Shown piece by piece: positions 1 to 9,303 of a stretch of 50,446 nucleotides of DNA. Where the stretch lies: positions 1 through 50,446 of the forward strand of contig JAHKKQ010000002.1 of NCBI GenBank assembly GCA_020027805.1, given 5' to 3'. Each line of letters opens with the position of its first letter. Position 1 is the stretch's first letter. The notes under the pieces were generated by a model. The model was given only the letters and a program-made list of their open reading frames with translations. It was not told the origin of the DNA and made no database searches. The position numbers were made by a program, and so were the translations under genes. This stretch comes from Candidatus Dadabacteria bacterium (GTDB lineage: Bacteria > Desulfobacterota_D > UBA1144 > Nemesobacterales > UBA2774).

Positions 1-1
1 G

Positions 2-601
2 CTCGAGAAAACGGTCGAAAGATTAAAATTGGTACATTCCTCCGTCGAGGATATGGCGATACCCGACGCGAGCATCGACGTAGCAGTCTGGGGGAATGGC
101 ATACATTACCTCTCGGAGCAGGAACAGCTCGACAGCATTAAGAGAATAAAACAAGCCTTAAAGCCGGGAGGCCTCTTTTTCTTCAATACCGCCTTTTACG
201 AAGAAGCAAGGCCCGCCGAAACTCTCGGTTTCTACCGCACGCAGGTTAAAAACGCGGTACAGTATCTCAGGGACCGCGGTATAAGCAGACAGAGAGACGA
301 TTCCAGGACCGAGGCTTCGAAATTCCTTCCCAGGTCTTATTACGAGCAATTGGTAAAGGAAGCGGGTTTCAAGCTGGTCGAGGTCAAGGAATACGCGGTC
401 GACATGCGGAGAGAAGCCTGGGAGTACATAAGCTCCTTCCAGCAGTATGCCGCGGGGGCTTTGAGGGGCTATCCCGTCGACGCGGCCGTCGAGGCTATGA
501 AAGAGGCTGTCCAGCCGGCGCTCGAGCAGCACGGAAACAGGGACCAGAAAGGGAACCTCTACATAACGCGCAAATGGCTTGCCATAAGCACACAGGCATA
601 A
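2..601 (+). CDS. Class I SAM-dependent methyltransferase, 5'-truncated by the window edge
   Basis: The reading frame is open from position 2. The translated segment (DVAVWGNGIHYL...ALKPGGLFFFNT) looks like the post-motif-I half of a Rossmann-fold methyltransferase. The SAM-binding GxGxG motif would lie upstream of the window. The TTG at 29 in the ORF track is probably not the true start. Confidence 0.7.
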   Translation, partial: LEKTVERLKLVHSSVEDMAIPDASIDVAVWGNGIHYLSEQEQLDSIKRIKQALKPGGLFFFNTAFYEEARPAETLGFYRTQVKNAVQYLRDRGISRQRDDSRTEASKFLPRSYYEQLVKEAGFKLVEVKEYAVDMRREAWEYISSFQQYAAGALRGYPVDAAVEAMKEAVQPALEQHGNRDQKGNLYITRKWLAISTQA

Positions 602-662
602 CATAAACCTATCTATAGCCATTCCTATCTGATAAATCTGATTGCTTAAGCGGATACGGATA

Positions 663-2018
663 TTACATCAGGTCGTAATAGTCGAGGCCGAGGTGCGTGA
701 TCAGCTCCTCGCCCTTCATGTAACGGAGCGTGTTCTTCAGCTTCATGAGCTGAATAAAGAGGTCGTGCTCGGGGTAAAGCCCCTTTCCGTACATCGGGCT
801 CTTGAAATAGAAGGACAGCCATTCCTGAATTCCGTCGAACCCGGCCCTTTTAGCCAAGTCCAGGAACAGCACGAGGTCGAGCACTATTGGTGCGGCCAGA
901 ATGCTGTCCCTGCAGAGGAAGTTGACCTTGATCTGCATCGGATAGCCGAGCCAGCCGAAAATATCTATGTTGTCCCAGGCTTCCTTGGCGTCGCCTCTCG
1001 GGGGGTAATAGTTGATCCTTACCTTGTGATAGTAGTTCGAATAGAGGTCGGGATGGAGGTCGGGCTGGAACATGTATTCGAGGACACCCAGCTTGCTCTC
1101 TTCTTTTGTTTTAAAAGAATATGGGTCATCGAGCACCTCGCCGTCCCTGTTCCCGAGTATATTCGTCGAGAACCAGCCGCTTAACCCGATCATCCTGCTC
1201 TTGAGCCCGGGGGCAAGGATAGTTTTCATCAGGGTCTGCCCGGTCTTGAAGTCTTTCCCCGCTATCGGGACTTTCTTCTTTCTGGCAAAGTCCGTGAGCG
1301 CGGGAACGTCTACCGACAGGTTAGGAGCCCCGTTCGCATACGGCACTCCGCACTGAAGGGCCGCGTAAGCGTATATCATGCTCGGCGCAATGTCCGGGTG
1401 GTTTTCCCTGAGGCCTTTTTCGAAAGAGGCCATGGTGGCGTGCACCGCAGTCGGCCTGATAAAGACCTCCGTGCTTCCGCACCATACCATAACGAGCCGT
1501 GATACGCCGCTTTCCTTCTTGAACCTCTTGATGTCTTCGATGAGCTGCCGGGCGAGGTCCATCTTGGTCTTACCTTTTTTCAGGTGTTTACCGTTGAGGT
1601 TTTTGACGTATTTCCTGCTGAATACGCCAGGCATCGGTTTTAATTTCTGAAGTGTATCCTTTAATTCTTCTACCAGGTTTTTTTCGAGGACGCCTGCTTT
1701 AATAGCCGCTTCGTAACAATTATCAGGGAATATGTCCCATCCCCCGAATACTATATCCTTGAGTTCCGCAAGCGGTAAAAATTCCTTTATGAGCGGCGAC
1801 TTTTTCTCTGTCCTCTTTCCTAGCCTTATTCTTCCCAATTGGGTGAGGGAGCCTATGGGCTTTCCGAGCCCCCTTTTAATGGCCTCGACGCCGGCGATGA
1901 ACGTGGTGCTCACTGCGCCGCCTATACCCGGAATCAGAACGCCGAGCTTCCCTTCAGGGGTGGGGATAATCTTCCTGTGTTTAATTGAAACCGATTTCTT
2001 TTTCCCGGTATCAGGCAA
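663..2018 (-). CDS. ino1: Inositol-3-phosphate (myo-inositol-1-phosphate) synthase
   Basis: Recognisable MIPS blocks are present: GVLIPGIGGAVSTTFIAGVEA, VWCGSTE, ANGAPN, GKDFKTGQTLMKT, LSGWFSTNILGNRDG, KVNFLCRDSILAAPIVLDL. The tracked ORF runs up to 2363, but its first ~113 codons are the alternate frame of rpsI. The proposed start is TTG at 2018, with AAGAGG 11 nt upstream. That start is the uncertain part. Confidence 0.85.
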   Translation of the reverse strand: MPDTGKKKSVSIKHRKIIPTPEGKLGVLIPGIGGAVSTTFIAGVEAIKRGLGKPIGSLTQLGRIRLGKRTEKKSPLIKEFLPLAELKDIVFGGWDIFPDNCYEAAIKAGVLEKNLVEELKDTLQKLKPMPGVFSRKYVKNLNGKHLKKGKTKMDLARQLIEDIKRFKKESGVSRLVMVWCGSTEVFIRPTAVHATMASFEKGLRENHPDIAPSMIYAYAALQCGVPYANGAPNLSVDVPALTDFARKKKVPIAGKDFKTGQTLMKTILAPGLKSRMIGLSGWFSTNILGNRDGEVLDDPYSFKTKEESKLGVLEYMFQPDLHPDLYSNYYHKVRINYYPPRGDAKEAWDNIDIFGWLGYPMQIKVNFLCRDSILAAPIVLDLVLFLDLAKRAGFDGIQEWLSFYFKSPMYGKGLYPEHDLFIQLMKLKNTLRYMKGEELITHLGLDYYDLM

Positions 2019-2026
2019 GGTAAGGT

Positions 2027-2419
2027 TTACCTCTTTGAGAACTGCTGTCCGCGTCTCGCTTTCTTGAGTCCGTACTTCTTCCTCTCGACCATCCTCGAGT
2101 CCCTGCTGAGCTGGCCCGCTACCTTGAGCGGCTTTCTGTTGGCGTCGTCCGCCTGGAGAAGGGCCCTCGCGATCCCGTGCCTCACCGCGCCTGCCTGGCC
2201 CGTAAGACCGCCGCCCTTGACGTCGACCATGACGTTGAACTTCCCGACCGACTGGGTCGTTGCCAGCGGTCCCAGGGCGTGTACCTTCCAGTATTCGCGC
2301 GGGAAATACTCTTCCGCTTCCCGGCCGTTTATCGTTATCTTTCCGTCGCCTGTTCTGAGCCAAACCCTGGCGATCGATGTTTTTCTTCTTCCGGTTCCGT
2401 AATAGTTAACTTCAGCCAT
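2027..2419 (-). CDS. rpsI: 30S ribosomal protein S9
   Basis: 130 aa with typical S9 sequence ([14 protein letters not shown]..., [20 protein letters not shown]-terminal RRGQQFSKR). It lies directly downstream of rplM. Confidence 0.97.
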   Translation of the reverse strand: MAEVNYYGTGRRKTSIARVWLRTGDGKITINGREAEEYFPREYWKVHALGPLATTQSVGKFNVMVDVKGGGLTGQAGAVRHGIARALLQADDANRKPLKVAGQLSRDSRMVERKKYGLKKARRGQQFSKR

Positions 2420-2428
2420 ATTTATCTG

Positions 2429-2857
2429 CTATACCTCCAGGGATTCGGGCTTCTGCGGCGCATGCGGATGCTCGTTTCCGGTGTAGATCTTTAATCTCGT
2501 TATGAGTTTTTTCTGCCACCTGTTCTTGGGGAGCATGCCCCAGACAGCCTTTTTTAATATTTCTCTAGGCTTCTTCTTCGAGAGGTCCTCGGCGGCTATG
2601 GACCTTATCCCGCCCGGGTGCCCCGTGTGCCAGTAATATCTCTTGTCTTCCAGCTTGTTGCCCGTAAATTTCAATTTGTCGGCGTTGACGACTATTACAA
2701 AATCTCCTATATCGGCGTGAGGGGTGAATTGGGCTTTTTCTTTACCTCTCAGGATCCTGGCTATTTTTGAAGACAGCCTCCCTACAGTTTTCCCTTCCCC
2801 GTCGATTAAGAACCATTTCTTCTCGAAGTCTTCGCTTCTCGCCATAAAAGTCTTCAT
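2429..2857 (-). CDS. rplM: 50S ribosomal protein L13
   Basis: 142 aa with L13 hallmarks (KKWFLIDGEGKTVGRLSSKIARILRGK, YYWHTGHPGG, AVWGMLPKN). It sits in the conserved rplM-rpsI order. Confidence 0.97.
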   Translation of the reverse strand: MKTFMARSEDFEKKWFLIDGEGKTVGRLSSKIARILRGKEKAQFTPHADIGDFVIVVNADKLKFTGNKLEDKRYYWHTGHPGGIRSIAAEDLSKKKPREILKKAVWGMLPKNRWQKKLITRLKIYTGNEHPHAPQKPESLEV

Positions 2858-3004
2858 TTTATCTGCCTCTAACTATTAGAGTTAAGCAAATCAATTTACC
2901 GTCTACTGAGGGAATGTCAAGCATACTGCCCACTCGGAGGGAGATAGTCTGAGATTGGTCTCGGCATCTAACAATGATATAATGATTCCCGAACAAATAA
3001 TAAT

Positions 3005-4498
3005 ATGCAATCGATTGAGGAAACAAAACACAGATCGCCCGACTGGAAGAGGGGCTTCGGAGAAAGGCTCTTCGGAATCCTCGGACGGGACGGGGTCATA
3101 TACTCGGACGACGAGCTCCTCGCGTATGACTCGGACGCCCTGACAGGTTACAGGATCAAGCCGCTTTTTGTCGTGCTGCCGAGGACTTCGGGCGAGGTAT
3201 CGCGTGTAATGAAGATGTGTTATGACGAAGACGTCCCGTTTGTGCCGAGAGGGGCGGGGACAGGCCTCTCGGGAGGGGCCCTGCCCACGGAAGAAGGCAT
3301 AGTAATATCGCTCGCCCGGATGAACAGGATAATCGAAGTTGATATACCAAACGAGCGCGTGGTCGTCGAGCCCGGTGTGACCAACCTGTCCGTTACGAAT
3401 GCGGTGAGCTCCCACGGTTATTATTACGCCCCCGACCCTTCGAGCCAGATAGTCTGTACCATAGGCGGGAACGTCGCCGAGAACTCGGGAGGGGTGCACT
3501 GCCTTAAGTACGGGGTAACCACGAACCACGTCCTCGGACTCGAGGTCGTTCTCCCCGACGGGGAGATTATAGAGACAGGGGGGAAGACCCCCGACCACCC
3601 GGGCTACGACATTATGGGGCTCATGGTGGGCTCGGAAGGGCTTCTGGGTATAGTCACGAGGGTCACCCTGAGGATAATAAAGAAGCCCGAGACCGTAAAG
3701 ACGCTCTTTGCGTCATTCGACAAGATAGAGGACGCCGGGGCTTCGGTTTCCGGTATAACCGCAAGGGGGGTGATACCCGCGGGGATGGAGATAATGGACA
3801 ACCTCTGTATCCGCTCGGTCGAAGAGGCCGTTCACGCCGGATACCCCGTGGAAGCCGGCTCGATACTCCTCGTGGAGCTCGACGGCCCCTCAGCCGAGGT
3901 CGATGCGCAGATGCCGGTCGTCGAGGAGGTGCTCCGGGGGAATAGAGCGCTCGAGATAAGGATCGCCAGGGACGCCCGGGAAAGGGACCTCTTCTGGAAG
4001 GGGAGGAAAAACGCATTTCCCGCCATGGGCAGAGTGAGCTCCGATTACTATGTCCAGGACGGCGTCATACCGAGGAGCAAACTCGCGGAAGTTCTGGGAA
4101 GGATAGGGGAGCTCAGCAGGGAGTACGGTCTCAGAGTAGGGAACGTCTTTCACGCGGGCGACGGGAACCTGCACCCCCTCGTGCTCTATAATTCGAAGAT
4201 AGAGGGCGAGTCGGAGAAGGCGCTCGAGCTTGCGGGCAAGATACTCGGCGTGTGCGTCGATTCGGGCGGGAGCATCACAGGGGAGCACGGCGTGGGGAAC
4301 GATAAGAAGAGGTTCCTCTCGCTGATGTTCGACGACAACGATCTCGAAACCATGAACCTCATGAGGTGCGCGTTTGACAGTAAGGGTCTCTCGAACCCCG
4401 GGAAGGTCTTCCCCACGCCCAGGACCTGCGTCGAGCAGGGAATGAAGCCCTATGCCGAGCACGCTCTCCAGAAGTCGGGTCTCGGTGAGATGTATTAG
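3005..4498 (+). CDS. glcD: Glycolate oxidase subunit GlcD (FAD-linked oxidase)
   Basis: 497 aa with a PCMH-type FAD-binding N-terminal half (PRGAGTGLSGGALP) and an FAD-oxidase C-terminal domain (HAGDGNLHP, GSITGEHGVG). It is followed by glcE-like and glcF-like genes. Confidence 0.9.
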   Translation: MQSIEETKHRSPDWKRGFGERLFGILGRDGVIYSDDELLAYDSDALTGYRIKPLFVVLPRTSGEVSRVMKMCYDEDVPFVPRGAGTGLSGGALPTEEGIVISLARMNRIIEVDIPNERVVVEPGVTNLSVTNAVSSHGYYYAPDPSSQIVCTIGGNVAENSGGVHCLKYGVTTNHVLGLEVVLPDGEIIETGGKTPDHPGYDIMGLMVGSEGLLGIVTRVTLRIIKKPETVKTLFASFDKIEDAGASVSGITARGVIPAGMEIMDNLCIRSVEEAVHAGYPVEAGSILLVELDGPSAEVDAQMPVVEEVLRGNRALEIRIARDARERDLFWKGRKNAFPAMGRVSSDYYVQDGVIPRSKLAEVLGRIGELSREYGLRVGNVFHAGDGNLHPLVLYNSKIEGESEKALELAGKILGVCVDSGGSITGEHGVGNDKKRFLSLMFDDNDLETMNLMRCAFDSKGLSNPGKVFPTPRTCVEQGMKPYAEHALQKSGLGEMY

Positions 4499-4559
4499 TC
4501 CCGGCAAGAGTCATTAAATTCATAACGAATAGAAAGCTTCGGACGGTAATTGAGCATCG

Positions 4560-5891
4560 ATGCCTGAATCCTCCATATTTAATCAATTGACCGGCATAGT
4601 CGGCGGTGAAAACGCAAGTCAAGACCCGCAGCTCCTCGAATCGTCCGCCGTGGACGGCGTCATACCCAAAATCATACTATTCCCGGATAGCATAGAAGAG
4701 ATATCGGAAATCATGAAGGCGGCGTCGCGCGCAGGGGCTTCGGTCGTGCCCAGAGGCTCGGGGACCAAGAGAGGGATCGGGAATAAGCCCCTCGGCGCCG
4801 ACATCGTTCTATCTACCAGGAGACTCAACCGTCTTATAGAGCACGAATCGGCTGATCTCGTGGCGACGACTGAGTGCGGGATTACTCTAACCGAGCTGCA
4901 GATGCATCTCCGAAGGAAGAATCAGTTCCTCCCGGTCGACCCCCCGCACGTACAGGGCGGAGCGACCGTGGGCGGTATTATCGCCGCAAACGACAGCGGC
5001 CCTCTCCGGCTCCGGTACGGGACTTCGAGGGAGCTCCTGATCGGTATGAAGGTCGTGCGCGCGGACGGCAGCATCTTTAAAGGCGGTTCGAAAGTAGTCA
5101 AGAACGTCGCAGGGTATGACATGCCGAAGCTCTTCGTCGGCTCCCTCGGCACCCTCGGCATAATCGCGGAAGCGACGTTCAGGCTCTACCCCGTCCCCGA
5201 ATCATCCGGAACATATTTCGCCTGCTTCGAATCCCTCGACGAAGCGCACGGCGCGGTCAGGTCCCTCATTGACTCGGCCCTCGTGATAAACGCGATCGAG
5301 CACATGAATCCCGGACTCGCGGGAAGCATAACGGAAAGACTCGGTCTCGGTTCGGACTGCAAACGATACTCGCTCGCCGTAAGGATAATGAACGTATCGC
5401 GGGCCGTGGAGGACCAGGTGAAAACTGTTACGGACGTCTCGCGGAGGAACGGCGGAAAGGGCCTTGTGATTCCGCGTGAGAATGAAGAAGCCTTCTGGGA
5501 TGAAGTGAGGGAATTTCCATGGAGGTCCCCGGCCTCCCCGGGCGCGGTCCTTAAGACAGGCGTGCTCATCTCGGATGTCCCGCGAGTGTTTCTCCTGCTC
5601 GACGGATTATCGGATAAATACGGTGTCCGCGCTCGTGCGTCCGCGAGGGCTGCTAACGGGGTTGTGATTATCTCGATCGGCGGGGATAAGGAATCCGTGA
5701 TTAATTCCGTGAAAGAGCTGAGGGAATTTTCCGAATCCGCCGGGGGCATCCTAGTGGTCAGGGAAGCGTCACCGGATATAAAGCCTGCTCTCGACGTCTG
5801 GGGCGGTATGGGTTCGTCGCTCGGCCTCATGAAAAGGATAAAATCGGCCTTCGATCCGGGGAATATACTCAATCCCGGCAGGCTGTTCTGA
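4560..5891 (+). CDS. glcE: Glycolate oxidase FAD-binding subunit GlcE-like
   Basis: 443 aa with an FAD-binding PCMH domain (VPRGSGTKRGIGN, VKNVAGYDMPKLFVGSLGTLG). Its position between glcD and glcF supports the call. As I recall GlcE is shorter than this, so the C-terminal part is less certain. Confidence 0.8.
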   Translation: MPESSIFNQLTGIVGGENASQDPQLLESSAVDGVIPKIILFPDSIEEISEIMKAASRAGASVVPRGSGTKRGIGNKPLGADIVLSTRRLNRLIEHESADLVATTECGITLTELQMHLRRKNQFLPVDPPHVQGGATVGGIIAANDSGPLRLRYGTSRELLIGMKVVRADGSIFKGGSKVVKNVAGYDMPKLFVGSLGTLGIIAEATFRLYPVPESSGTYFACFESLDEAHGAVRSLIDSALVINAIEHMNPGLAGSITERLGLGSDCKRYSLAVRIMNVSRAVEDQVKTVTDVSRRNGGKGLVIPRENEEAFWDEVREFPWRSPASPGAVLKTGVLISDVPRVFLLLDGLSDKYGVRARASARAANGVVIISIGGDKESVINSVKELREFSESAGGILVVREASPDIKPALDVWGGMGSSLGLMKRIKSAFDPGNILNPGRLF

Positions 5892-5984
5892 AATATAGAA
5901 ACCGGATTATAATCCCTTGCGCTCCACTCCCCGCTTGGTTAGGATATTCCCGCTTTTTACTCGTTTAGCCTCTGCCTTGGGAAT

Positions 5985-6752
5985 GTGATGATACGTAGAG
6001 ACGACACCGACGGGTGGATTCTTATAACCCAGCATGACCACGCGGTCCTAGCCGGGAATCTCATGGAGCGCTGGGGGAACGAAGCGTTCTCCCCTCCTCA
6101 ACCGCATGAAGAGGTGCTTTTCGCCGTGAGAGAGCACGACTGCGGGTGGAAGGAGTGGGACTCCTCCCCCAAAATAAATCCCGAAAACGGTTATCCGGCT
6201 AATTTTATGGAGATGGAGTCGTCCGACCAGACCGACATCTGGAGAGGGTCCTTTGAACCTCACTCTGATGAGCATCCCTATGCCTCGGCCCTCGTCGCGC
6301 TCCATTTCGCGAGGTTCAACCGGAAGCTCTTAACGAAGGACCCTTCGGACGTATATGCGAAATCGCTCGAGGGCGCGATAGACGGGTTTGTCTTTGATAA
6401 GCTCGGTATAGAACATTCGAAACCGGGCGGCGTCCCCCGGGAAGTCAAAATAAACCTCAGGCTGCTCCAGGTCGGGGATATAATTTCCCTCGCCCTCTGC
6501 CACGGCTGGGAATCCATGGAGATCGCCGATGTGCCCGTCGATTATGAGGGCAATTCCAGAAGGCTCGCCCTTAAATCGGATGACGGCTTCAACTTTACGG
6601 TCTCACCCTATCCGTTCTCGGGGACCGATTTGAAACTGCGCGTACAGGCGCGGAAGCTCGTGAGGAAAAGCTATTCCGGCAGCGATGATTTAAGAAGGTC
6701 TCTCGGGAGCGCCCCTTACGCCGCCCTTGATTTCACAATAAGAAAAGGCTAA
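5985..6752 (+). CDS. DUF3891-like protein with HD-type His/Asp motifs
   Basis: 255 aa. The N-terminus (WILITQHDHAVLAG ... AVREHDCGW) matches my memory of the DUF3891 family. It is inserted between glcE and glcF on the same strand, with a 93-nt gap from glcE and only a 9-nt gap to glcF. The start may be GTG 5985 or ATG 5988. Confidence 0.6.
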   Translation: MMIRRDDTDGWILITQHDHAVLAGNLMERWGNEAFSPPQPHEEVLFAVREHDCGWKEWDSSPKINPENGYPANFMEMESSDQTDIWRGSFEPHSDEHPYASALVALHFARFNRKLLTKDPSDVYAKSLEGAIDGFVFDKLGIEHSKPGGVPREVKINLRLLQVGDIISLALCHGWESMEIADVPVDYEGNSRRLALKSDDGFNFTVSPYPFSGTDLKLRVQARKLVRKSYSGSDDLRRSLGSAPYAALDFTIRKG

Positions 6753-6761
6753 ACATTTAGT

Positions 6762-8069
6762 ATGCAGCAAAGTAGGTACGACGCTTTCGACGAGACGGAC
6801 AAACCGAGCGCCGAGCTGATAGAAGACTGCGTCCACTGCGGCTTTTGCCTCTCCGCCTGCCCCACGTATCAGGAGACCGGAAACGAGCTCGACTCCCCGA
6901 GGGGGAGGATATATCTCATGAAGTCCGCATCCGAGGGGAAGATACCGATGGCCGGTTCACTCGTAAAGCACCTGGACATGTGCCTTGGCTGTCTTGCGTG
7001 CGAGCCCGCATGCCCGTCGGGCGTGCAGTACGGCAGGCTCATCGAGGCCGGAAGGTCCCAGATAGAAAGGCGTTACGAGCGGCCCTGCGCCGACAGGCTC
7101 TACAGGTCTTTGATCTTCTCCCTGTTCCCATACCCGGGGAGGCTCAGGCTCCTCCTGCCGTTCTTCTATTTGTATCAAAAGCTCGGAATAAAAAAACTGG
7201 TCGAGTCTTCGGGGATCCTGAGGGCGGTCTCCCCGAGCCTCGCGCAGATGGAGGGGATGCTCCCTGAAGTGGATTCCCCGTCCGTCCCCCGCGCGCTTCC
7301 CGACGTAATCCCCGCCAGGGGCAGGAAGCGTTACCGAGTGGCGCTCCTGACCGGATGTGTGCAGAGTGTTTTCTTTTGGAGGACTAACGAAGCGACCGTC
7401 AGGGTATTGGCGGAGAACGGGTGCGAGGTGTTAGTTCCCCGGAATCAGGGATGCTGCGGCGCGCTTTCGGTGCACTCCGGGAGACTCTCCGAAGGAAGGG
7501 ATTTCGCGAGGTTTCTTATCAGGAGCTTCGAAGGCCCGGACGTCGACGCCATAATCGTAAATTCTGCGGGATGCGGCTCGACAATGAAGGAATACGGGGA
7601 GATACTCGGGGACGATCCCGGGTTCGCGGAGCGCGCCCGGAAAATCAGTGAAAAGACCAGGGACGTCATGGAGTTCCTGGGGGATATAGGCCTCGCCGGG
7701 GGGCTGAAAGCCCTCGATTTAAAAATCACATATCAGGACGCCTGCCACCTGGGACACGCTCAAAGGATAAAGGAGCAGCCGAGGGACGTCCTCAGGCAGA
7801 TACCCGGCATCGAATTAACGGAGCTTCCCGAATCCGAGCTCTGCTGCGGCAGCGCCGGCATATATAACATGGTGGAGCCCGATATGTCGCGGAGGCTACT
7901 CGAGCGCAAGATAAGGCATCTGAAAGAGACAGGTGCTGATTGCCTCGTGGCCGGAAACCCCGGGTGCCTGCTTCAGATAGGAAAGGGCATCAAGCAGCAC
8001 GGGCTCGACATCAAAACGGCCCATCCGGTTGAGCTCCTCGACCGGTCTTACAGGGGTATATCGGAATAA
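6762..8069 (+). CDS. glcF: Glycolate oxidase iron-sulfur subunit GlcF
   Basis: 435 aa with two 4Fe-4S ferredoxin motifs (CVHCGFCLSACPTY; CLGCLACEPACPSG). These are followed by two cysteine-rich CCG-type repeats (GCCG...NSAGCGS; CCGSAG...GNPGC). Confidence 0.88.
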   Translation: MQQSRYDAFDETDKPSAELIEDCVHCGFCLSACPTYQETGNELDSPRGRIYLMKSASEGKIPMAGSLVKHLDMCLGCLACEPACPSGVQYGRLIEAGRSQIERRYERPCADRLYRSLIFSLFPYPGRLRLLLPFFYLYQKLGIKKLVESSGILRAVSPSLAQMEGMLPEVDSPSVPRALPDVIPARGRKRYRVALLTGCVQSVFFWRTNEATVRVLAENGCEVLVPRNQGCCGALSVHSGRLSEGRDFARFLIRSFEGPDVDAIIVNSAGCGSTMKEYGEILGDDPGFAERARKISEKTRDVMEFLGDIGLAGGLKALDLKITYQDACHLGHAQRIKEQPRDVLRQIPGIELTELPESELCCGSAGIYNMVEPDMSRRLLERKIRHLKETGADCLVAGNPGCLLQIGKGIKQHGLDIKTAHPVELLDRSYRGISE

Positions 8070-8082
8070 CCAATTTCGATTA

Positions 8083-8580
8083 TCAGAAACTTATCCCGCG
8101 GCCCTTGATCTCATCCAACACAGCTCCGAGGGGCTTGTCTTCGGAAACCCAGTAATTCCCGCTCATGTCGGGTTTGAAAGACGGTTTTGATATCATGCAC
8201 ACCTTGAGGACCTTTTCACAGGGGAGTGTCTCCATGGAGCTCTGTCCCGTTTTCATGCACGTCAATTCGAAGCCGGGGATGTTCACCGTGAATGCGGACC
8301 AGTTGCCGGGGTTGATGTCGGACGTCCACCCGGCGCTCGCGCCGGGGTCTTTAACTGGGTGCGTGACCCAGTAGTCGCTGTCCGATGTATTGTTCAGCAG
8401 ATAAAGGCCCTGGGTCGATTGCGTATCGGTGTTGAGGACTATGCTATTGCCCCTGAACTCGAACCCCGTCCCGGTGCAATTTTCAGGGAACTTATTGTTC
8501 GCGTTGTCGGCTTTGCAATTCAAGAACGAAACCGATATTAAAAAAGCGCAGATGAGTGCCGTCCCCGCCTTCTGTCTCAT
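8083..8580 (-). CDS. Secreted cysteine-containing hypothetical protein
   Basis: 165 aa with an N-terminal hydrophobic signal peptide (ALICAFLISVSFLNCKA) and five further Cys residues. I recognise no family. Coding is supported by ORF length, intergenic context and the signal peptide. Confidence 0.6.
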   Translation of the reverse strand: MRQKAGTALICAFLISVSFLNCKADNANNKFPENCTGTGFEFRGNSIVLNTDTQSTQGLYLLNNTSDSDYWVTHPVKDPGASAGWTSDINPGNWSAFTVNIPGFELTCMKTGQSSMETLPCEKVLKVCMISKPSFKPDMSGNYWVSEDKPLGAVLDEIKGRGISF

Positions 8581-8721
8581 TATATCTCCCCCTTATTGAA
8601 TCCTATGTTCAAAGTTTACTCTAAAGTTTCGGGTTTGAAATGAATTTCTCCGATAGCATCCGTAAAATCTGTCGGTTATCATATTTAAAGTTGTACAAAC
8701 ATGCTTTGAAGGATGGGCTGA

Positions 8722-9291
8722 ATGAGACACCTCCCGATTACGCTCGCCGCGATCTTCATCTTTTCATTGGTATCGTGCGATCAGGTTGAAGATTTTTTTG
8801 CGCCGGTAGACCCGCTCATCGATGAGGAAGTGGTCGAATCCCAGGATTTCAACCTCACGACGCCGTTTTACGAAATGCAGGTAGCGATAGATTCCCGGGT
8901 GAACGCCGGCGACCAGCGTGTACTCGACCTCCTCGACAACAGGGCGGAGCAATTCCTCAACTGTCAGTTCGGTGACTCCGATATCGGGTTCGAGGATTTC
9001 ATGCTCGATGACGGCACCGTCGTCCCTCCCCTGTCCGAGCTCAGGGTGTACGTCGTCCCCAACCGTTTTGAATGCGAGGCGGTGGGCCGGGACGTGTGCG
9101 GGGGTATCTACTTCTCCGGTATAGACGCGATTGTGGTCTCCGAAGGGGGTTTCGAGGGATGCGGGGAGTTCTCCGTCTGGAAGCACGAGCTCGGCCACAG
9201 GTACGGCATGGAGGCCGACCACAGCAACCAGTCGGACTTCGAGGCTTGTACCAATACCGATGGATGCGATCCGGGCGATATATTCGATTAA
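8722..9291 (+). CDS. Putative lipoprotein with HExxH metallopeptidase-like motif
   Basis: 189 aa with a signal peptide and a canonical lipobox (SLVSC, Asp at +2). It carries the motif HELGHRYGMEADH near the C-terminus. It is divergently transcribed from the 8083..8580 gene. Confidence 0.6.
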   Translation: MRHLPITLAAIFIFSLVSCDQVEDFFAPVDPLIDEEVVESQDFNLTTPFYEMQVAIDSRVNAGDQRVLDLLDNRAEQFLNCQFGDSDIGFEDFMLDDGTVVPPLSELRVYVVPNRFECEAVGRDVCGGIYFSGIDAIVVSEGGFEGCGEFSVWKHELGHRYGMEADHSNQSDFEACTNTDGCDPGDIFD

Positions 9292-9303
9292 GGAATATAC
9301 AAA

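Noticed and set aside
2019-2363. N-terminal Arg/Gly-rich extension of the 566-aa tracked ORF (663..2363), suggesting a fusion protein.
   Set aside because: It is the alternate reading frame of rpsI (2027..2419), which is unmistakably S9. The MIPS homology begins only downstream of the rpsI stop.
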